Numbered from the stretch's first letter, positions 1 to 8,183 are shown. The stretch is 32,000 nucleotides of DNA from Candidatus Iainarchaeum sp. (GCA_030649345.1 JAUSKK010000040.1:5545-37544), one strand, 5' to 3'. Program-made: numbers and translations. The notes: generated from the letters alone by a model not told the origin.

Positions 1-2
1 CT

Positions 3-791
3 GGTTTAGTTTTAAAAGAATCTGACTTTATTCCAACTATTGTAAATCAAAGTGAACAATTAGCTTGCAGTCAAGGTTTTGTTGGTTTTCCATGTCCTGT
101 TCCTGGTTCTGGCTTAATGCAATTAACTGGTCCTTGGGTTGGAGGAACTCCTTTGCCTAGAGCTGAAGAATATCAATGGAATATGCCGAGTGAAGCTATT
201 CGTTCTGAAGCACCTGTTGTAAATGATTTATTTAATCCTGGGGAAAATTTGTCAAGAGGTTGCTGGTATTTTAAAGCATTAATGACTCGTTACTCGAATG
301 ATATTGTTCGTGCTTTGGCTGCTTATCGTGGTGGATTTTTTGGAGTGGATTCTGGCGCAGTTCATGTAGAGCCTGCATACGATAATATTGTTTTGAATTA
401 TCGAAATTTGTATATGGCTTCTGCTAATATTTCAGAAGAACGTTTGCAATCTTTGCTAAATCAAATTGATGTAAATAATTCTTTAGATTTAAACAATCCA
501 AGTGACTTGAATATTCCAAGTGATTTGAATAATACTTTGGATGGAAACTTTGATATTCCCTTTAATTCCAATTTGCCTTCCAGTGTCCAGCCTGTTTCTG
601 ATTATAATTTTCCAAATGGAGTAATTCCGCAAAATGCTTACTTGCCTCCGCAAGAACCTGTTCCTGATAATCGTTTGCGTTTGTCTGTTGTTTTAGGTTT
701 GCGTTTGACTACTTTGGGTGTAATGGACAGTTCTCCTAAATCGTATTTGAGTTTGTTTTTAGCAAACTTAAATAATCCGTCTTTGCATTAA
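3..791 (+). CDS. Lytic transglycosylase (SLT-domain) protein; 5' end lies outside the window; low-complexity N/D/L/P-rich C-terminal tail
   Basis: The frame of ORF 117..791 stays open back to nt 3 (GLVLKESDFIPT...). It carries the SLT signature in the canonical order: catalytic E-S (LKESDF), GLMQL, and AAYRGG (AYNxG-like). The tail has degenerate repeats (NNSLDLNNPSDLNIPSDLNN). Confidence 0.6.
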   Translation, partial: GLVLKESDFIPTIVNQSEQLACSQGFVGFPCPVPGSGLMQLTGPWVGGTPLPRAEEYQWNMPSEAIRSEAPVVNDLFNPGENLSRGCWYFKALMTRYSNDIVRALAAYRGGFFGVDSGAVHVEPAYDNIVLNYRNLYMASANISEERLQSLLNQIDVNNSLDLNNPSDLNIPSDLNNTLDGNFDIPFNSNLPSSVQPVSDYNFPNGVIPQNAYLPPQEPVPDNRLRLSVVLGLRLTTLGVMDSSPKSYLSLFLANLNNPSLH

Positions 792-1700
792 TTAAGAAAC
801 ATTTCCTGAATCAGTATTTGCGGTTTCAGTGGCTGGTCCATCTAGTAATCCAGGCACATAAAAATTCCAAGAAATTTGAGTATTCAAAATTTCTCCGTTT
901 TCGTTTTCAAATGGTTCTGTTTTACTTCCAAATACATTGTTTTCTATGCCTACTTGCATATTGCTTTGATCTCCGTAATTGGATTCAAATTCTGCATAAA
1001 TGTCATCTGTGAATGTTCCTTGTAATGGTTCTTCTACACTTTCTGGGCCTGTATCATCACAAGGACTATAGGTATCGGCTGTGCCGGATGGCGGTGATTT
1101 TTCGTAATAGTATTCAAAACTTGCCTGTGGGTGAGTTGTGCTAAATTGATAATCGCCTAGTTCGTCGATTTCTAAACTTGCGTTATCTTGTCCTATTTGA
1201 GAATTAAATGTTTGACTTCCTTGGCTGGTAAATATTTTAGTATAACATCCTGAGTAAAAGTCTTTAATATCCCACGAAATAGTTCCATCTACTAAACTAT
1301 ACGTTTTTCCAAAGCCTGTTTTTTTAAATTTTCCTTTAACTTCAATTTTTTTCTGTCCTTCATATATTTTGATGACTTGATCATCTACATTGTATAAAGT
1401 TACTTTGGTTGGCTGAATGTATGTAAATGTGCTTTCTTTTGCTGCAATATCTGAATTGTTTGAAGTTGTTCCATCCGGTAAATTTTGAGAATCAATTTGA
1501 TCTATTGGAACTCCAGTTCCGTTTGAAGTTTCTATGTTTCCGCCAGTTCCTGTTGTTCCGTTTGTATTTCCAGTTCCTGTTTGATTACCTGCTTGTGTTC
1601 CTGTAGATCCACCCAAGTTATTGGTGTCTTGTGTTGGTGGATTGGTGCAACCTAAAATTAGAACTAAGGTTATTGCAATTAAGATTATTTTTGACTTCAT
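792..1700 (-). CDS. Secreted lipobox protein, unknown function
   Basis: The N-terminus MKSKIILIAITLVLILGC has a signal peptide plus a lipobox Cys. A T/G/N-rich linker follows, then a globular region with no motif I recognise. Its stop codon abuts the stop of the SLT gene (TTAATTAA at 788..795). Confidence 0.7.
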   Translation of the reverse strand: MKSKIILIAITLVLILGCTNPPTQDTNNLGGSTGTQAGNQTGTGNTNGTTGTGGNIETSNGTGVPIDQIDSQNLPDGTTSNNSDIAAKESTFTYIQPTKVTLYNVDDQVIKIYEGQKKIEVKGKFKKTGFGKTYSLVDGTISWDIKDFYSGCYTKIFTSQGSQTFNSQIGQDNASLEIDELGDYQFSTTHPQASFEYYYEKSPPSGTADTYSPCDDTGPESVEEPLQGTFTDDIYAEFESNYGDQSNMQVGIENNVFGSKTEPFENENGEILNTQISWNFYVPGLLDGPATETANTDSGNVS

Positions 1701-1783
1701 TAATTATTTATAAGTGAATTCTTATATTTAAATCTCTGCCATTTAGAATCTTATGTAAATAATCGCTTTTGCCTAAGTATTTG

Positions 1784-2230
1784 TTAAGTTGTATCTTGTA
1801 AATGGTTTTCGCAGCGATATTTTAGTCCTTGTGGTTTCAATACATTATTGTCTGGAAATTGCCAGTCTGCTGGGCCAAAAATAATAAATTCATTAAGATC
1901 CGGGGAACAGCCACCTTTAAAGCCGCCGCTATTTGATGCGTCAATGCATTCGGTTATTTTTTTATAGTTCATATCAAAGTATGTAATTTTAGTTGGGTTC
2001 ATATAACCACCTTGACTTTCAGCAGTGCAAAACCCAAGTTGAGTTCCATTTGAGTCAAAAAATTTTTCATAACTCGCAAGGTTTTCAGTGCTTGTAGTTC
2101 CAGAATTGGTTCCTGAAGAAGTATTGTTTCCTGAATTTGCTAATTGGTTTTTATCTGGTCCGCCGGTGCATCCGGTTATTAGGATGAAAATTAGTGCTAG
2201 TGAGAAAATTATTGGTTTGATTGATTTCAT
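1784..2230 (-). CDS. Small secreted lipobox protein, unknown function
   Basis: The N-terminus MKSIKPIIFSLALIFILITGC (lipobox) is followed by an S/T/N/G linker. It has six Cys in total: the lipobox Cys plus five in the mature part. Its upstream about 35 nt closely resembles that of the neighbouring lipoprotein gene. Confidence 0.65.
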   Translation of the reverse strand: MKSIKPIIFSLALIFILITGCTGGPDKNQLANSGNNTSSGTNSGTTSTENLASYEKFFDSNGTQLGFCTAESQGGYMNPTKITYFDMNYKKITECIDASNSGGFKGGCSPDLNEFIIFGPADWQFPDNNVLKPQGLKYRCENHLQDTT

Positions 2231-2310
2231 TATTTATTTAGGGAATTCTTGTATTTAAACTTCCGCTAAAAAGTTTTGCAATCTTTGAAAATAGTTTTTG
2301 TAAAAATAGA

Positions 2311-2740
2311 ACGAGCAGTGCAGAGTAAGCCTCCTTCTGTTTTAGCAACGAAATCACTTGTTGGATTTCTGCAGTAGTGAACTGCGTTTGCTCTTCTTTT
2401 TACATTGCTGTAAAAAGCAACTGGCATTTGTCTAAGCGCCTTCAAGGCTTGCATTCAACAACCTTTTTGGCTTCGCCCAAAAGCTTTTCACAAAACCTTA
2501 ATTTTGTGAAACCCGCAAAATCTTTGATTTTGCTTGGTGGCCAAAAAAGTTTTACCTCCAGCCGTTTCATCCTTTTTTCAATCCCTCATTTTTGAATCAC
2601 AGGTTATTGATTGAACTAGGTTCGTTTCTGCTCCAGAGGAAACCTTCACAGGTTTTCCTTTGCAGGATTTATTGCGAATGGGAGGACTTTCCTCAGTTTT
2701 CAAAATCTGAAAACCGTTAGCCAGTCTTGCACTGCTCTAT
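2311..2740 (-). ncRNA. rnpB: RNase P RNA (archaeal type-A-like)
   Basis: Read on the minus strand: CR-I GAGGAAAGTCC (complement of 2684..2694), GATGAAACGG (complement of 2562..2571), and CR-V ACAGAAGGAGGCTTA (complement of 2326..2340). The terminal P1 helix is formed by GAGCAGTGCA (complement of 2728..2737) pairing with TGCACTGCTC (complement of 2313..2322). The region has no credible ORF. The ends are approximate. Confidence 0.88.
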
Positions 2741-2802
2741 TAAATAGTGCCTAAAACGCTTTAAATACTTAGTCTTTTAAGAATTTCTACAAACTTTTGT
2801 AT

Positions 2803-3267
2803 ATGAATTCTTTCGAAAAAAAATTTGCCTATTTTTTGTCTTCCAATAAAGTAGATTGTCAGCATTTAATATTTGCTCAAATTTGCCATAGTGTTGAAGA
2901 AGCAGCCAGAACTGCAAATGCAAAAGTTGAAGATTTTGTCAAAAACATCTGCCTACTGAATGAAAATAGTGATTTAATTGTTTGCATAATTGCCGGAGAA
3001 AAGCGTTTAGATTTGAAGAAAGTAGTTCAATTAACTGGTTTTAAAAAACTGCGTTTTGCAACAGGCCTGGAAATATTGGAGAAAACAGGTTATCCTGTTG
3101 GCGGCACCCCTTCTTTTGGTTTTGATGCACAATTTTTCATAGATCAAACTGTCTTTGAGCATGATCTGGTTTATTCCGGCGGTGGCTCTGAATTTTCGCT
3201 TGTAAAAATTTCACCATCTGAAATTAAAAGAATCAATAATGCAGTTCAAACAGATTTAACAAAATAA
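2803..3267 (+). CDS. YbaK/ProX-like aminoacyl-tRNA deacylase (trans-editing domain)
   Basis: Size of about 154 aa and a YbaK-like core (KNICLLNE..LIVCIIAGEKRLDLKK....GYPVGGTPSFGF). I prefer the ATG at 2803 over the TTG at 2797 used by the ORF track. Confidence 0.6.
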   Translation: MNSFEKKFAYFLSSNKVDCQHLIFAQICHSVEEAARTANAKVEDFVKNICLLNENSDLIVCIIAGEKRLDLKKVVQLTGFKKLRFATGLEILEKTGYPVGGTPSFGFDAQFFIDQTVFEHDLVYSGGGSEFSLVKISPSEIKRINNAVQTDLTK

Positions 3268-3275
3268 TTTTTTAG

Positions 3276-4682
3276 TTAATCTTTCAAGAATTCTCTGTGG
3301 TGTTTTAATAAGTCTTGAACCATATGCAAGCTTGTGCTGAATTGGATTAAGTTGCTGGATTTTTCAATTCCTGTATACAATCCTGCACTGAACAAAATTA
3401 AGTCATCTTTGTCAGCTAATTTGTTTTTGTATAAATAATTTCCTACTTGTAAAATTCGTTCTTTTTCTTTGGTTTTCAATACAATGGATTGTACTCCGTA
3501 ATACATTTTGAGTTGTCGTGCAGTTTTAGGATCTGCAGTCACTGCTAAAATTGGTTGTTTGAATTTAAATCTTGAAAGCATTCTTGCAGTAAATCCTGTT
3601 TTGGTAATGGCCACAATTTTTTTGACAGGCAAGTTTTCGCACATTTCAGCAATTGCTTTAGTGACTGTATCCGGTATTCCATTTAAATTTCCGTAATTGA
3701 CTTTGCTTCGAACCAAGGGTTCTGCATTGACTGCAATTTTGGCCATTTCTTGAACTGTTCTAACTGGATAATTTCCAATAGCTGTTTCATTGCTTAACAT
3801 AATGCAATCCGCTCCATCCAAGACTGCATTGGCTACATCGCTGGCTTCTGCTCTAGTTGGTCTAGGATTTCGTACCATGGAATCCAACATTTGGGTGGCC
3901 ACAATAACTAGTTTTCCTTTTTGGTTGCATTTTTTTACAATTTGTTTTTGAATAATGGGAACCTGCTCTAAAGACATTTCCACTCCTAAATCACCGCGGG
4001 CAACCATGATGCCGTCGGCTTCTCGTAAAATTTCTTTAAAATTTTTGACTCCTTCTGGGCTTTCAATTTTGGCAATGATTGCAATATTTTTTCCTTTGAC
4101 CATTTTTTTAGCTTCTTTGACGTCATGGGCTCCAGAAGTAAAAGAAATTGCAATATATTCTACATTCATTTTTTTTGCAAACAAAATAGTTTTTCGGTCT
4201 TTGGGTGTAATTTTAGATCCTTTGATTCGAATGGCTTTCGAATTAATACTTAATCCGTTTCTTAATACTCCGTCGTTTAATGCTTTGAGTTTAATGTGCT
4301 TTCCGTTTTTTCTAGAAATTACAAACTCAATCAAGCCGTCGTCCATTAAAATCATATCTCCTTTTTTGACTTGATTTAAGAAATTGTAATTAAAATATAA
4401 ATCGTATGAAGAATTGAATCCAACCAAGATTTCTTTTCCGTTTTCTACTTTGAATCCTTTTCCGTCTTTAATTTTTAATCGAACATCCGGTCCTTGAGTA
4501 TCTACAATAATTGGAATTTCTCCTAGACTTCGAACCATTTTAATAATTTTTTTGTATTGTGTAAAATCTCCATGGCTGGAATTAATGCGGGCGGCATTCA
4601 TTCCTGCTTGAACCATTTCTTTTAAGATTTTTTTATCCAAACAAACTGGTCCAATGGTGCATAAAATTTTAGTTTTCTTCAA
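3276..4682 (-). CDS. pyk: Pyruvate kinase
   Basis: KTKILCTIGP N-terminus, NAARINSSHG, MVARGDLGVE, VIVATQMLDSM and SNETAIGNYP motifs over 468 aa. The apparent start codon is TTG. Confidence 0.92.
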   Translation of the reverse strand: MKKTKILCTIGPVCLDKKILKEMVQAGMNAARINSSHGDFTQYKKIIKMVRSLGEIPIIVDTQGPDVRLKIKDGKGFKVENGKEILVGFNSSYDLYFNYNFLNQVKKGDMILMDDGLIEFVISRKNGKHIKLKALNDGVLRNGLSINSKAIRIKGSKITPKDRKTILFAKKMNVEYIAISFTSGAHDVKEAKKMVKGKNIAIIAKIESPEGVKNFKEILREADGIMVARGDLGVEMSLEQVPIIQKQIVKKCNQKGKLVIVATQMLDSMVRNPRPTRAEASDVANAVLDGADCIMLSNETAIGNYPVRTVQEMAKIAVNAEPLVRSKVNYGNLNGIPDTVTKAIAEMCENLPVKKIVAITKTGFTARMLSRFKFKQPILAVTADPKTARQLKMYYGVQSIVLKTKEKERILQVGNYLYKNKLADKDDLILFSAGLYTGIEKSSNLIQFSTSLHMVQDLLKHHREFLKD

Positions 4683-4879
4683 AAGAATCTTTCCTATAAT
4701 CTTTACTTAAAACTTTGAATGCCAATTTGTATTAAAACAGAAGCCAATTTAACTTAGCTTTTTAAGGCAAGTGACGAAGTTCAATCTATTCGCTGTTAAC
4801 TTCATCTTCACCGGAAACACCGGAAGTCTACCTTCCAATTCTTTATAAATATCAAAAAGCTAATTCTTTAGCTGAGAGT

Positions 4880-5860
4880 ATGGTTGAAGAAAAACGAGAA
4901 TTTGATGTTTTTAAGTTGCATGATTCAAAAGATTCTATTTTGAAACTCATGAGAGCTTATTCAGTTTCCTCAAAATTTTTTAGAACTGACGCATGTAAAA
5001 ATCAAATTAATAATAGCTTTATGAAATTGTTGCAAAAAATTGACGTCAAACTAAAAAAAGAACTGGGGTTGCAATGGAGACTTGTTTGGAAAGAAAAGTT
5101 GTATTTTAATCCCAGTAAATCTGCAATGAATGACTGGCTAATTGGACGAGCAACAATTCCACTTTCTGCGCTTGAAGTATTAACTGAATTTAGTTGTGTT
5201 GACGAAGTTAAACAAATCAAAAAAACTTTAACGCATGTGTGTGGTAGTCGCGGAGGTCCTATTTTTGTGCCTAAACAATTGACTTCTGAAATGGCTTTTC
5301 TTGTTGGTGCCATTTTGGGAGATGGTCATTTGGGTGATAGAACAGTTAGCTTTGAACTAACTGATGAAGAACTTATTCAAAAAATTACGGCTATTGCAAA
5401 TAAATTATTTCAAACAGATTTTGCTCATAAAAAACGCATTCGACTTATTCGACCAAATAGAAAGAATTCTTTTACTTTATACTTGGATTCTAAAGTTATA
5501 ACTCGATTTTTTAATAAATTTTTTGAAATTCCAATTGGAAAAAAGTCAGACATAATTATAGTTCCCTCGTTAATTAAGTCTTCTTCAAAAGAAATTCAAG
5601 AAGCTTTTTTGGCAGGAATATTTGAAACCGATGGTTGTGAAACTAAGAAAGAATTCACTATTACTACTGCATCAGAGCAGTTTTGCAATGAGTTATATGA
5701 ACTAATTAAAGGCTTTGGAGTGCCTGTGCATACTAGTTTTTGGCTAAATAAGGTATATCATAAAAAATACTATCGAGTACATTTTAGTAAGAAATTAGTG
5801 ATTTCCGTTAGCGGGTGTACTGAACTGGAAACCAGACTGGATTTAGACTCCAGGGCTTAG
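4880..5860 (+). CDS. Free-standing double-motif LAGLIDADG homing-endonuclease-like protein with an N-terminal extension of about 140 aa
   Basis: Two LAGLIDADG-type motifs: LVGAILGDGHL (about aa 150) and LAGIFETDGC (about aa 245). TATA-like TTTATAAATA at 4843..4852. The last 50 nt, including the TAG stop at 5858..5860, lie inside the tRNA-Leu gene. Confidence 0.75.
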   Translation: MVEEKREFDVFKLHDSKDSILKLMRAYSVSSKFFRTDACKNQINNSFMKLLQKIDVKLKKELGLQWRLVWKEKLYFNPSKSAMNDWLIGRATIPLSALEVLTEFSCVDEVKQIKKTLTHVCGSRGGPIFVPKQLTSEMAFLVGAILGDGHLGDRTVSFELTDEELIQKITAIANKLFQTDFAHKKRIRLIRPNRKNSFTLYLDSKVITRFFNKFFEIPIGKKSDIIIVPSLIKSSSKEIQEAFLAGIFETDGCETKKEFTITTASEQFCNELYELIKGFGVPVHTSFWLNKVYHKKYYRVHFSKKLVISVSGCTELETRLDLDSRA

Positions 5861-5892
5861 TGCCTGTGAAGGTTCGATTCCTTCCACCCGCA
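5811..5892 (+). tRNA. tRNA-Leu (anticodon UAG), class II with long variable arm, no intron, no encoded CCA
   Basis: Manual fold. Acceptor GCGGGTG/CACCCGC (7 perfect bp) plus discriminator A. D stem CTG/CAG with GG in the loop. Anticodon stem CTGGA/TCCAG and loop TTTAGAC (TAG at 5844..5846). Variable arm GGC-TTAGT-GCC. T arm GAAGG-TTCGATT-CCTTC. Confidence 0.85.
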
Positions 5893-6099
5893 ATTTTAGT
5901 TCAAATTAATTTTCAATTTTTTCTACTTGTTGCTGTAGTTCTAATCGTCTAATATCTTGTACGTGTGTCCATTTTTTTGGACGATATTTCTTCTGAAACT
6001 TTGTTCAAATTAAACGAAAAGCTGAACATTTGAAAGAAATTACAGATTCTTATTATTCCTAAAACTAGCTATAATTAATTGCCCAAATATTTGTTTTCC

Positions 6100-6486
6100 T
6101 TATCCCAATTGAATCGTTTGTGTATTGGGCAAATTTTTGAAATCTATATCTGCTGTAATAAATTGCACTTTAAGATTTTGTGCACTGGAATAAATCAAGC
6201 TGTCTATGGTGTGCAGTTTGTGCATTTCGCAGTTTTCTGCTGCTTGAATTGCAATTTCTTTATTAATTCCAATAATAATGCTGTTGTCTTCCATGAATTG
6301 AATGGCTTTTTTTGCATCAGTTTCAGAGCTTATTTTTTTCATTTTTTTGTAGACTTCATGCAAACAAATAATGGACGTAAATAAAATGGCATTTTTTGAT
6401 TCTACAATTTCTTTTGTTTTAGGAAAATTTCCAAGAACGTAGCCCAGCCAGATGTTGGAGTCTAAAAACAGCTTAGAATCGGTCAT
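6100..6486 (-). CDS. vapC: PIN-domain ribonuclease toxin (VapC-like)
   Basis: 128 aa. N-terminal LFLDSNIW (first acidic PIN residue) and later acidic positions (HTIDSLIYSSA, ITADIDF). Overlaps the upstream small gene by 14 nt. Confidence 0.75.
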   Translation of the reverse strand: MTDSKLFLDSNIWLGYVLGNFPKTKEIVESKNAILFTSIICLHEVYKKMKKISSETDAKKAIQFMEDNSIIIGINKEIAIQAAENCEMHKLHTIDSLIYSSAQNLKVQFITADIDFKNLPNTQTIQLG

Positions 6487-6682
6487 GTTTGTCTCTTAAG
6501 CCTTCCATCATTTGCTTGAATGAAACTTTTTTTCCTTTTCCAAGAGTTCCGTACATGGATTTGGTTTTTTTCCGAACCAATTGCATAATTACTTCGTCGT
6601 ATGTTTTTGACTCAAAGCTTTCTTTTAATTCGTTTAAAACTTCCTTCGTGTGTTTTTCAATTTGAATGGTTGTAGTAGTCAT
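6473..6682 (-). CDS. Putative VapB-type antitoxin (ribbon-helix-helix-like)
   Basis: 69 aa. TIQIEKHTKEVLNELK followed by YDEVIMQLV fits a beta-alpha-alpha RHH layout. It overlaps the PIN gene at the translational level. A GGTGAT RBS-like element and an inverted repeat lie upstream. Confidence 0.55.
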   Translation of the reverse strand: MTTTTIQIEKHTKEVLNELKESFESKTYDEVIMQLVRKKTKSMYGTLGKGKKVSFKQMMEGLRDKHDRF

Positions 6683-6693
6683 TCGATCACCTA

Positions 6694-6713
6694 AAACTAT
6701 AGGGCTATAGTTT
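6694..6713. promoter_or_regulatory. Inverted repeat (candidate operator) in the vapBC promoter
   Basis: AAACTATAG-GG-CTATAGTTT has perfect 9-nt arms. It sits between a TATA-like box (TTTTTATAAA on the minus strand, 6711..6720) and the antitoxin start at 6682. Confidence 0.5.
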
Positions 6714-6781
6714 ATAAAAAGGTTTGGGTGTTAGGCTGGTTGGATATTCGATTCTTTTTACCTCTTTAAAATTAGTTTTCT

Positions 6782-7168
6782 TTAAACAATTTCTACGCTT
6801 GTAACTGGTGTGGATATTCCGTTGCATTCCCAGTTCCAGTAAAAGAATCTGTCTTGATAATTAATGACTAATTGTTTTCCTTCTTGTTGGGCTTGGAGTA
6901 CTTTTTGCCAAACTTGTTCTAAATTAGGGTTGTCATGACAGACTGTAAATTTGAATGTTCCTTTGTAAGGCCATTGTACATGGAATACATAATTTTTCCA
7001 AATAATTCCTGTGTATTCTGCGTCTATGACATTTCCGCGAAAACTTCCTTGAGATACTCCTAAATCTAAACTAAAAAAGAATCCTGAAATTATCCATAAA
7101 ATAAAAAGAAATAAAATAGCCCATATAATTTTTCGGTAAATGGGCGGTAAAGGTTTTTGTTTAGCCAT
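6782..7168 (-). CDS. N-terminally membrane-anchored protein, unknown function
   Basis: One N-terminal TM helix (IIWAILFLFILWIISGFFF) is followed by an aromatic-rich domain of about 90 aa. The gene lies 1 nt downstream of the preceding gene, so co-transcription is likely. Confidence 0.5.
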   Translation of the reverse strand: MAKQKPLPPIYRKIIWAILFLFILWIISGFFFSLDLGVSQGSFRGNVIDAEYTGIIWKNYVFHVQWPYKGTFKFTVCHDNPNLEQVWQKVLQAQQEGKQLVINYQDRFFYWNWECNGISTPVTSVEIV

Positions 7169-7169
7169 A

Positions 7170-8183
7170 TTATTCTCGTTTAATTAAGTCTCCGATTCCA
7201 AATCCTCTTTTTTCAGATTCTGTTTTGGTTTCTGGTTTTTCGTGAGCCCATTTTCCTGGATTGTTTTCGGTTTCTTCACTGGATGTTTCTGTTTTGGCTG
7301 GTTTTTCTTTTTCTACTTCTTTGTAAGCCCGATTAATACTGTCTGCGGGTGTTGAAGTGAATAAGTCATCGTCTTGGCTTTTTCGAATAAAATAAAACAC
7401 AATCAATAATACTAAGATTGCAATTACAATCAAGGTTGCTAATGTTGGATCGATATTGGGCAAAACAAATAATCCTGCCAATCCTTGGGCTTGTTGTTCG
7501 GATTTATTTAATCCTTCTTGAATTTTATTAATTTGTTCTTCTATTTTATTCAAGTCTTCTGTTTTCATGGTCTGTGTTTCTTGTTTTAATATATTTACTT
7601 GTTCATTCACATAACGTAAAGTAGTTCTCAAAGTTTCCACATTTTGTTCTTTTTCAATTAACAAAACATTGAGTTGTCCGACTGTTTGATTCAATGCTTC
7701 CAAACTTGTTTTGTATGTTTGAATTTGTTCTCGTAATTGTTCGTTTAATTTTTTTAATTCATTGAGTTCTCGTGTAGCTTCAACTTTAAAACTTTCAGAT
7801 ACTGCATTGAATACTGTAACCGAATAACTATTGAAATTTGCTAATTCATTGTTATTGTAGCTTTTAACTGAAACCGAATGAGTTCCGACAGTTATTCCAG
7901 TAAAGGTTACTTGTACAATATTGTCATTGACTTCGATTTGGTTTACATTCACGGAATATTTTTCAGTGGCTGCTTGTTGGTTTCCGAAAATAAATACACT
8001 GGCTACTTTTACTCCATTTAATTCAATATTTACTTTATCAAAATTGTAAGGCTGTAAATCTAAAGTTAAAGTCCAATTGGTTTGACTGGGTACTTGGGTT
8101 GGCAAAGAAACTGTTTGCGCTAAACCATTGATTGCAAAAAACAAAATTAAAAGGAAACAAATTCCTTGATTTAAACTTTTCAT
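7170..8183 (-). CDS. Type-I membrane surface protein: signal peptide, beta-rich domain, coiled coil, C-terminal TM anchor, charged tail
   Basis: MKSLNQGICFLLILFFAINGLAQT signal. An N/V/T-rich segment of about 110 aa. A heptad-like Q/E/L/N-rich stretch (LNELKKLNEQLREQIQTYK...). TM helix LATLIVIAILVLLIVFYFI and a K/E-rich tail. Confidence 0.55.
   Translation of the reverse strand: MKSLNQGICFLLILFFAINGLAQTVSLPTQVPSQTNWTLTLDLQPYNFDKVNIELNGVKVASVFIFGNQQAATEKYSVNVNQIEVNDNIVQVTFTGITVGTHSVSVKSYNNNELANFNSYSVTVFNAVSESFKVEATRELNELKKLNEQLREQIQTYKTSLEALNQTVGQLNVLLIEKEQNVETLRTTLRYVNEQVNILKQETQTMKTEDLNKIEEQINKIQEGLNKSEQQAQGLAGLFVLPNIDPTLATLIVIAILVLLIVFYFIRKSQDDDLFTSTPADSINRAYKEVEKEKPAKTETSSEETENNPGKWAHEKPETKTESEKRGFGIGDLIKRE

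Noticed and set aside
2266-2595. 62-aa (minus strand) and 72-aa (plus strand) ORFs
   Set aside because: They lie within the RNase P RNA gene. The conserved RNA motifs and terminal helix explain the region better.
3508-4374. 62-aa and 139-aa plus-strand ORFs
   Set aside because: They are antisense shadows inside pyruvate kinase, whose identity is unambiguous.
4740-4840. Possible small RNA (C/D-box sRNA or tRNA-like) between pyk and the LAGLIDADG gene; hairpins GAAGTT/AACTTC and GGAAG/CTTCC, and GTTCAATC resembling a T-loop
   Set aside because: No proper C (RUGAUGA) plus D (CUGA) box pair on either strand. No acceptor stem or 5-bp T stem could be built. These are probably just promoter or UTR structure. 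It could still be worth an Infernal scan.
6079-6384. 101-aa plus-strand ORF
   Set aside because: It is antisense to the PIN-domain gene. Its translation is Cys/Phe-rich nonsense typical of AT-rich antisense frames.
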